In this document: one piece after another, positions 1-6,337 of the stretch | How the letters are laid out: every line of letters starts with the position of its first letter | Numbering within the stretch: the first letter of the stretch is position 1 | From: Promethearchaeota archaeon | GTDB lineage: Archaea; Asgardarchaeota; Thorarchaeia; Thorarchaeales; Thorarchaeaceae | Direction: 5' to 3' | Assembly: GCA_048939765.1 (NCBI GenBank) | Contig: JBHLPF010000016.1 | Location: 30 to 64,029 of the forward strand | DNA length: 64,000 nucleotides | The notes under the pieces: model-generated | Seen by the model: the letters and a program-made list of their open reading frames with translations, nothing else | Told to the model about the DNA's origin: nothing | Database searches by the model: none | Position numbers and translations under genes: made by a program

Positions 1-1275
1 GATTACTAGTTGTTCTGGGGTTGTAGCATTAAACATTGAAGTGTATCGGCTACGCAAATACTGGACAATCATTTCCCGATCATAGGTATGAGCTTCAGAG
101 TTGGTGCTATCTTGCAGGACTGAAGCTAGACCAGAATCGGCTTCCCAATCATATTCAGTGAGAGAATATGTCCAATCGAAATGAGGGTTTATTCGTTTAA
201 ACTCAGAGACTATGTATTCGCAGTCGAGGCTTGTGCGGAAGTCATAATCAGTGGGGTCCAGGTCTATAGTAAGTATTTCGAGTTTTGCTTCTTTGAACCT
301 GGAAATACTCTGATGGCCGGTTCCACGGAGCGGCAAATAGAGGTAGGAAGGCAGAAACGTGCATTCGACCGCCTTAGCGATATACTTGACCAGGTCTTGG
401 GTGAGGGCCTCTTCTGGATTGGTTCTATCTTCATATGTCCAAATTGGCGGAACAGTTTCCTCAGTCACACTGTTCTCAGTAGGTGCCCCACCTAGAGGAG
501 GACCAGTGTAATAAGTTGGACCCGCTGAGAGATCCAGCCATAGTATCCGAGACTGCTTCCCACCTCCAGCGATTTGATAGGTCGATTGCCAAGGCATGGA
601 GACGGAGGTGTAGCCGTTAAGCTCAGCATCTAGTTCATTCTCTGACGCATTATAGTAATAGGGATGATGTCCAGTGGGATCGAATGAATAGGTGTCAATA
701 ATGACCAAAGTGGGTGTAGGATCGGAAGTGATATTCTCGGCGATATAGGCTTCGATAAGACCTGAGGGGGCGTAGTAGGCTCTAGGGTAGTCCAGATTGA
801 TAAACCAAGGCGAGCAATCTTCCCTTGAGTTTTCATAGAGATAAGACCGATAGGCTTGGACATGACTGAGGTCAAGATATGATATGTGATATGACAATGA
901 GAAATTCAAATCGTAGCTCACTCGATCTAATTGCACATATTGTTTTATGTCGATTGGCGCATACCATTGCGGGAGAGCATTAACAAGTGATTCCTCAGAG
1001 ATTCTTGTTTCATCGATACCTAAGAATACTATATTGATGTCATAATTCATGTGTTCAGGGAGGACTGGCACAGTGAAAGAATCCTGAGCTGCATCAAGGT
1101 TTCTATATTCTGCTGGTGCAATCGAATCCGATGGCTTGATGCTAGTAGGTGAACTACTTTGAGCTTCGGATGTAAGGACAGCAAATCCGTTCGTAAGCAG
1201 AAGGGCAGTGACAACTATGCTTAGGATGATCTTGCTCCAATCTCGAGCTCTTTGGTTTGGAAGTTCCATAGACAT
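1..1275 (-). CDS. secreted or membrane-anchored protein of unknown function (C-terminal part lies left of the window)
   Basis: The minus-strand frame is open from nt 1 up to in-frame ATGs at 1269/1275 (others at 1341, 1347, 1392). My translation starts MSMELPNQRARDWSKIILSIVVTALLLTNGFAVLTSEAQS, a basic n-region plus hydrophobic helix. It is absent from the ORF track because its stop is outside the window. No family recognised. Confidence 0.6.
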   Translation of the reverse strand, partial: MSMELPNQRARDWSKIILSIVVTALLLTNGFAVLTSEAQSSSPTSIKPSDSIAPAEYRNLDAAQDSFTVPVLPEHMNYDINIVFLGIDETRISEESLVNALPQWYAPIDIKQYVQLDRVSYDLNFSLSYHISYLDLSHVQAYRSYLYENSREDCSPWFINLDYPRAYYAPSGLIEAYIAENITSDPTPTLVIIDTYSFDPTGHHPYYYNASENELDAELNGYTSVSMPWQSTYQIAGGGKQSRILWLDLSAGPTYYTGPPLGGAPTENSVTEETVPPIWTYEDRTNPEEALTQDLVKYIAKAVECTFLPSYLYLPLRGTGHQSISRFKEAKLEILTIDLDPTDYDFRTSLDCEYIVSEFKRINPHFDWTYSLTEYDWEADSGLASVLQDSTNSEAHTYDREMIVQYLRSRYTSMFNATTPEQLVI

Positions 1276-1427
1276 AATGATCACGTGAACTATGGAATAC
1301 TTGAATATCAAAACTCGTAAACTCCCTGGTTGGTTTTTCATATTCATGTTTGATTGAATTTCCCAAAACCCGACCGCACTGTTTGTTTTCATGCAGACTC
1401 AAAGAGAGAGAAAGGATAGAAGGAGCG

Positions 1428-1455
1428 GGACGGGCGCACCCTTGCGGGGCCGTCC
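1428..1455 (-). promoter_or_regulatory. GC-rich 3'-UTR hairpin: candidate SECIS element and/or operon terminator
   Basis: mRNA sense is GGACGG-C-CCC-GCAA-GGG-UGCGC-CCGUCC: a 6-bp lower stem, an asymmetric internal loop, a 3 G-C pair upper stem and a 4-nt loop. It lies 30 nt after the vhuU stop and is followed by a pyrimidine-rich tract. Confidence 0.4.
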
Positions 1456-1485
1456 AACCCAGTCCAAGTCTTTACGACCGAGTCT

Positions 1486-1650
1486 TCATCCGCCGCCAGT
1501 CACGAGCTCCTTCCTGACTATCTCGCGACACTCCCCATCATCGTCTTCCTCAACGACGACGAAATGAGCGCCGCATGATAGTCAGCAGTCGTAGCACCGC
1601 ACAACCATCTCTACGAGGTTGAGCAGTCCTTCCGGTATTTCTTCCGTCAT
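1486..1650 (-). CDS. vhuU: VhuU-like mini-subunit: selenocysteine-containing C-terminal segment of the [NiFe(Se)] hydrogenase large subunit (TGA at 1584..1582 read as Sec)
   Basis: Manual translation from the ATG 11 nt after the vhuA stop gives MTEEIPEGLLNLVEMVVRCYDC-U-LSCGAHFVVVEEDDDGECREIVRKELVTGGG*. This matches the C-terminal Ni-ligand motif RxYD[PC][C/U]xxCxxH, which the upstream 438-aa subunit lacks. The track misses it because of the in-frame TGA. Confidence 0.8.
1514..1585 (-). promoter_or_regulatory. coding-region RNA structure around the Sec codon (9-bp perfect inverted repeat plus inner 8-bp hairpin)
   Basis: Plus-strand CTGACTATC (1514..1522) and GATAGTCAG (1577..1585) are exact reverse complements, and the 5' arm in the mRNA includes the UGA. 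An inner stem pairs 1555..1562 with 1538..1545. Confidence 0.35.
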
Positions 1651-1661
1651 GTTTTACACCA

Positions 1662-2978
1662 TTATCTCTTCACCATAGGCTCTGGAAGCTTCAAGCTCTC
1701 GTGAGCCTTGTCTTCGAAAATCTGCTTAGCTGCGACCATGAGAGACTTCTCTATGCCCGCAATGTTGTTGTTAGTGGCGACGACGAGGTTCGCCTTGGTG
1801 AGCATCCCCTCGTCGTCTGAGATGTAGTTGTGCAGGAGAATGCCCCGAGGTGCTTCCACGATTCCCACGCCATCTCCCGCCTTGGGTTCTACATCGGAGA
1901 GTTTTACATCTGTGCTAACAATGTCAGGATCTTGGAGTAGGGTCGCTATCCATTCGAATGCCTGTACCAACTCAATGATTCGTGCATAGTGATATGCAAA
2001 GGTGTGGTGTGAAGGTCTACCCACCAGTTCACGCATCTCTTTGAGCGCCGCATCTGCCAGAGGAGTTGCCATCTTCTCATTGACATTGCAACGGGCCAGG
2101 GTGTTTGCACGCCATATGCCATCGGGATATCCTGCTGGCTTGTAGTATATATGAGTTGCATAGCTGTGTTTAGCTACATGTTCACCGTAGTATTTCGTAT
2201 AGTCTTTTGGTTCGAAGTCCGCGACTATTTTGCCACCCGGCTCTTGCACTCGCACAGTACCGTCATAGATGTCAAGTTCCCCTTTGTTTGAGAGACCTAT
2301 GTAGTAGGTTGGAACCACAGCGACCTTTGTTATCACATCAAGGTAGTCCGTCACCACCTTCTTTGCAAGGTCAACGGTATTCAGTGTTAGTTGCTGAATC
2401 TCTTCGAGCCGTCCGATGAAAAAGTCACGGTCCTCTTCCTTCATCGAAGTCAGCATTCCACCGGGAATTCCGGTCGTCGGATGTACCGCCTTCGCGCCGA
2501 TGGCTCTGATCAGCTCTTGACCGAACTCCATCAGTTTGATTGCTTGAACAGCCACATCAGGGAGGTCTCTCAACACAGCTGCAACATTTCTATCCGCAGG
2601 ATTTGCAAATGGCCCGTACACAAAGTCAGGAGCAGCAAGTGCGTAGAAGTGGATTGCATGTGATGAGAACTGCTTCGCCTCTATCATCAACCTGCGTAGT
2701 TTGATTGCAGCAGGAGGAGGTGTAATATCCCAAGCCGCCTCAACAGCCTTGATTGATGCAAGATGGTGAGGAATCGGGCAGATACCGCAAATCCTGGGAG
2801 CAATCCGTGGAGCCTCCTCCATGGGACGTCCTTCTAGGAATTTCTCAAAGAACCTTGTGCTATTCACGTTGAACTGTACATCTTTGACCTTGCCATCCTT
2901 GCCCAGTTTGAGTGTCAATGAGCCATGACCCTCGAGCCGAGTCACTGGATCAATTCGGATGGTCTTCTCTTCTGTCAT
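1662..2978 (-). CDS. vhuA: [NiFe] hydrogenase large subunit, MvhA/VhuA type (group 3c-like), lacking the C-terminal Ni-ligand motif
   Basis: 438 aa with N-terminal PVTRLEGHG and the RICGICPIPH (RxCGxCxxxH) motif. It ends ...KLPEPMVKR without DPCxxCxxH. ATGA overlap with vhuG. Confidence 0.9.
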   Translation of the reverse strand: MTEEKTIRIDPVTRLEGHGSLTLKLGKDGKVKDVQFNVNSTRFFEKFLEGRPMEEAPRIAPRICGICPIPHHLASIKAVEAAWDITPPPAAIKLRRLMIEAKQFSSHAIHFYALAAPDFVYGPFANPADRNVAAVLRDLPDVAVQAIKLMEFGQELIRAIGAKAVHPTTGIPGGMLTSMKEEDRDFFIGRLEEIQQLTLNTVDLAKKVVTDYLDVITKVAVVPTYYIGLSNKGELDIYDGTVRVQEPGGKIVADFEPKDYTKYYGEHVAKHSYATHIYYKPAGYPDGIWRANTLARCNVNEKMATPLADAALKEMRELVGRPSHHTFAYHYARIIELVQAFEWIATLLQDPDIVSTDVKLSDVEPKAGDGVGIVEAPRGILLHNYISDDEGMLTKANLVVATNNNIAGIEKSLMVAAKQIFEDKAHESLKLPEPMVKR

Positions 2979-3898
2979 TTTGTCTTCGCCTCCTCGCGCT
3001 TAATTCTCATTCTTCCAAGGTGACTAGAAGCATAGTCGAATCTCCAGAAAGTTCCCAAGGGGTCTTTCACTTGTTCCACCAACTTCTCGGGCTCAATTGG
3101 CGCATATGATCCTAGCATCGAGATTGATGCTGCGCCGTGGTCCTGCGTAACTGGCGGTGGTGGACCAAAGCATCCACGACAGGTGGCACCTTTATTCACG
3201 CACTGACCCTCACATAGACCCCAGGTTGCAGAGCCTACGCAGATGTAGCCTTGTTCTAGCAGGCACCTGTCTGGGTCAGCAATTCCTTGATACGGTCGCA
3301 AAATCTCATTGATAGGAGTGTCCTTCTTCTCTCGATTGCAATAGTGGCACACAGTATGTGGCGGAAGGTCTATGGGCTGACCTGAGAGAAGCGCGCTCAC
3401 TGCTGTGTATATGAGGTCAGGAGTGGGTGGACAACCGGGAAGGTAGATGTCGATGTCCACAAAGTCAGAGTTTGGTTTCACCACGGGGGCTATTCCAGGC
3501 AAGTTCTCATATGGAACCTTGCCATCCTTCACAGTCTTATTGTTCCTGAATTTGACATCATAGCATTCCTCGATATCAGAGAAATTAGCCAAACCTGGTA
3601 TCCCACCAAAGCATGAGCATGAACCGAAGGCTATCAGTATCTTGCATTTTTCACGCATCAACTTCAGTAGATGAATATCCTCCTCGGTTCGTGCCATTCC
3701 TTCATAGAGGCCCACAACGATTGACTTGTCTTCATAGCTCTCCAGATGATGGAGCTTGAAGTCTGCAACTGCCTGCCAATATTTAATCTCAATCGCTGGA
3801 AGAACCTCAGCCAATCGGAGGTGAATGTCAACAAGACTCTGGAAACAACCCCAGCAGCTCGACCCTTGGCCCATTGCAATTGGAACTGGATCTGCCAC
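2975..3898 (-). CDS. vhuG: [NiFe] hydrogenase small subunit, MvhG/VhuG type
   Basis: 307 aa with Cys clusters (SSCWGC, GSCSCFGG, LPGCPP, CHYC, CRGCFGP) typical of small subunits. GTG start with a GGGAGGT SD. Confidence 0.9.
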   Translation of the reverse strand: MADPVPIAMGQGSSCWGCFQSLVDIHLRLAEVLPAIEIKYWQAVADFKLHHLESYEDKSIVVGLYEGMARTEEDIHLLKLMREKCKILIAFGSCSCFGGIPGLANFSDIEECYDVKFRNNKTVKDGKVPYENLPGIAPVVKPNSDFVDIDIYLPGCPPTPDLIYTAVSALLSGQPIDLPPHTVCHYCNREKKDTPINEILRPYQGIADPDRCLLEQGYICVGSATWGLCEGQCVNKGATCRGCFGPPPPVTQDHGAASISMLGSYAPIEPEKLVEQVKDPLGTFWRFDYASSHLGRMRIKREEAKTK

Positions 3899-3900
3899 CT

Positions 3901-4134
3901 TCAGACCTCCCTCAGTTTGAAGACGAGCTCATGATGCTCCTCTCCCGCGATCTCTATATTGCCCCATCGAAGCAAGCCAAGTAGGTTCCACATGAGCACC
4001 TTCTTGTCCATCTCTGTCTTCTCGCTGATTGTGCTGACACTTGCTGGGCCTTCCTTGAGTGATTCAAGTATGGACTTCCTCTGTTGCGTCACAACAGCAT
4101 AGTTCTGATCGAAGTACATTGTGAACTCTGTCAT
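3901..4134 (-). CDS. small winged-helix-like protein conserved in both hdr operons
   Basis: Start trimmed to the ATG at 4134, which forms an ATGA overlap with the mvhD stop and has GGGAGGT 8 nt upstream. The 77-aa product RKSILESLKEGPASVSTISEKTEMDKKVLMWNLLGLLRWGNIEIAGEE is clearly homologous to 14191..14556. Confidence 0.6.
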   Translation of the reverse strand: MTEFTMYFDQNYAVVTQQRKSILESLKEGPASVSTISEKTEMDKKVLMWNLLGLLRWGNIEIAGEEHHELVFKLREV

Positions 4135-4571
4135 ACCCATGACCTCCCTATTGGACCAACTTCTTTCACTTGTTCTATTAGCTTCGTCACTCCGTCTGCG
4201 AATACCTGCGCCTCGGAGGCACTTGCCCACTGAAGTCGGATTCGTCTTGGGTCAATGCCCGCCTGTTTGACTGCTTCAGCCATAATTGCCCATCTGGCTC
4301 TCATCTTCAAATTACCAGATGTATAGTGACAGTCTCCTGGATGGCATCCTGATACCAATACTCCATCTGCACCCTGATCAAGTGCACCAAGGATAAACTC
4401 GGTGTCAATCCTTCCAGTGCAGTTTACCCGGATGATACGTGCATTGGGTGGATATTGGATTCGGCTTGTACCAGCCAAGTCCGCTCCAGCATAACTACAC
4501 CAATTGCAGCAGAATGCTACAATCCTCGGTTCCCATTCATTACTAGTCTTGGTTTTGGATGCAGTGGCCAT
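4131..4571 (-). CDS. mvhD: MvhD/VhuD-type [2Fe-2S] electron-transfer subunit
   Basis: IVAFCCNWCSYAGADLAG ... VSGCHPGDCHY, the MvhD/FlpD signature. TAATG overlap with hdrA. Confidence 0.9.
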   Translation of the reverse strand: MATASKTKTSNEWEPRIVAFCCNWCSYAGADLAGTSRIQYPPNARIIRVNCTGRIDTEFILGALDQGADGVLVSGCHPGDCHYTSGNLKMRARWAIMAEAVKQAGIDPRRIRLQWASASEAQVFADGVTKLIEQVKEVGPIGRSWV

Positions 4572-6337
4572 TAGGCAGAACCTCCTTCAGGGTTCATAGG
4601 CGGACACAGAAACGCCTCAACCATTGCAAGAATTTGGTCATCAGTGGAGTGTAACATCATAATTGCAGAACTAGGACAAGCTGCTGCGCATGTGCCGCAT
4701 CCATGACACTTCGCCTCCGTCACGAATGCGATGGGCGGATCGTGTGACTCATCCATTGAGATCGCTCCGTATGGACAAGCGGTGACACATGTATGACAGG
4801 ATGAGCAAAGCTCCGGTGTGACACGTGATACAGTAGCCTCTATCTCTACATCCCCGCGAGCCATGAGTCCAACTGCTTTTGCGGCTGCGCCACTGGCGTC
4901 CGTTATTGCCTCAGAAGCGCTCTTTGCCGCTTGAGCTCCCCCTGCAATCATCACGCCAGCGGTGTGTGTGGTCAAGGGCGCAAGCTTGACATGCTCAGGA
5001 TTGAAGAATCCATCTGGACTTCTTGTGAGGCTGAAGACCTTGGAAACCTCGTCAACTCCATCAGGGGGCACCAATGCTGTGGCTAGGACTAACAGGTCTG
5101 GTTTCATTGCGAGGTCGTCGTCAGAGAAGACATCATGCCAATGCAGAGCCAGCTCTCCATCCGAAACCTGAGCTCGCGGCTTCTTCTCTGGCGGGTATTT
5201 GCTGTAGATGACGTGCTTGGCTCTGGCCTCTCTATGTATCTCTTCATGACCTCTTCCATATGTTCTGAGATCCTCATACAGAATGACTATTTCATCGGCA
5301 ATGTCCTTGAGTTCTCCTGCACTCTTTGCGATTGCTGTGCAACAGACCCTGGAGCAGTGTTCATGCCCCATCACACCAGCCTCACGAGAACCTACGCATC
5401 CAATGTACGCAATAGTTTTTGGTGGTTTTCCATTGCTTGGCCTCAAGACCTCTCCCTTGAGGCGCATTTCCTCCAGCTCAGCTAGTGTCACAATGTCCGG
5501 ATGGTCTCCGTAGGAATAGTAGTTGTACGGTTTGAATGGTTGAATCCCGGTGGCCACAATAATAGTGCCGACTCGATGTACCTTGTCCACATCATTTGTG
5601 GTCACTGTTATATCGAAGTTGCCAATATAGCCATCGAGGTCAGTCACAGTTGACTCCGTTAAGACTTCGATCCTGTCATGACCCTTTACCCTATTGATGA
5701 GCTGCTTCGTCAATGTATCACCCTGCTCACCTGTTGGATAGACACTAGCCAGCTTCGCCACTTGTCCTCCGAGGTTCTTCTCTCGTTCGACAAGAATGGC
5801 ATCAAAGCCTCGGTCTGCCACATCCAGAGCTGCACGCATCCCAGTGACGCCGCCTCCAACAACCAGAGCTTTCGGCTCTACTTTCACAGTCTTGACGGGC
5901 AGAGACTCAAGAAGCGCAGCACGTGCAACTGACATCCTGACAAGGTCCTTTGCCTTCTCTGTTGCTTCCTCAGGCTGTCGCATATGGCACCATGCCACGT
6001 GTTCTCTGAGGTTGACTTGATCAAACAAGTAGCGGTTAACATCCGCCTCTTCAACTACTCTCCGAAATGTCGGTTCATGCATCCGTGGACTACAGGAAGC
6101 GACAACCACACGGTTTAGATTATACTCCTTGATACTGTCCTTGATGAGCTGCTGTCCTGAGTCTGCACACATGAACATCGTCGACGTGGCGAACGCCACG
6201 TGAGGTAGACTCTCCGCGCTCTTGGCCACAGCCTCCACATCGACTGTACCTGCGATATTGTGCCCACACATGCAGACGAATACACCAATTCTTGGCACAT
6301 CGGCTGCAGCATCTGTTTTGATTTCTGCTTCAGTCAC
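4571..6337 (-). CDS. hdrA: heterodisulfide reductase subunit A (N-terminal Cys domain + FAD domain + C-terminal 2x[4Fe-4S])
   Basis: N-terminus RIGVFVCMCGHNIAGTVDVEAV...VVVASCSPRMHEPTFRR as in methanogen HdrA. Also GGGVTGMRAALD, CVGSRE...CSRVCC, and the C-terminal CSSCHTCVTACP / CHGCGTCAAACP. GTG start with GTGA overlap. Confidence 0.9.
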   Translation of the reverse strand: MTEAEIKTDAAADVPRIGVFVCMCGHNIAGTVDVEAVAKSAESLPHVAFATSTMFMCADSGQQLIKDSIKEYNLNRVVVASCSPRMHEPTFRRVVEEADVNRYLFDQVNLREHVAWCHMRQPEEATEKAKDLVRMSVARAALLESLPVKTVKVEPKALVVGGGVTGMRAALDVADRGFDAILVEREKNLGGQVAKLASVYPTGEQGDTLTKQLINRVKGHDRIEVLTESTVTDLDGYIGNFDITVTTNDVDKVHRVGTIIVATGIQPFKPYNYYSYGDHPDIVTLAELEEMRLKGEVLRPSNGKPPKTIAYIGCVGSREAGVMGHEHCSRVCCTAIAKSAGELKDIADEIVILYEDLRTYGRGHEEIHREARAKHVIYSKYPPEKKPRAQVSDGELALHWHDVFSDDDLAMKPDLLVLATALVPPDGVDEVSKVFSLTRSPDGFFNPEHVKLAPLTTHTAGVMIAGGAQAAKSASEAITDASGAAAKAVGLMARGDVEIEATVSRVTPELCSSCHTCVTACPYGAISMDESHDPPIAFVTEAKCHGCGTCAAACPSSAIMMLHSTDDQILAMVEAFLCPPMNPEGGSA

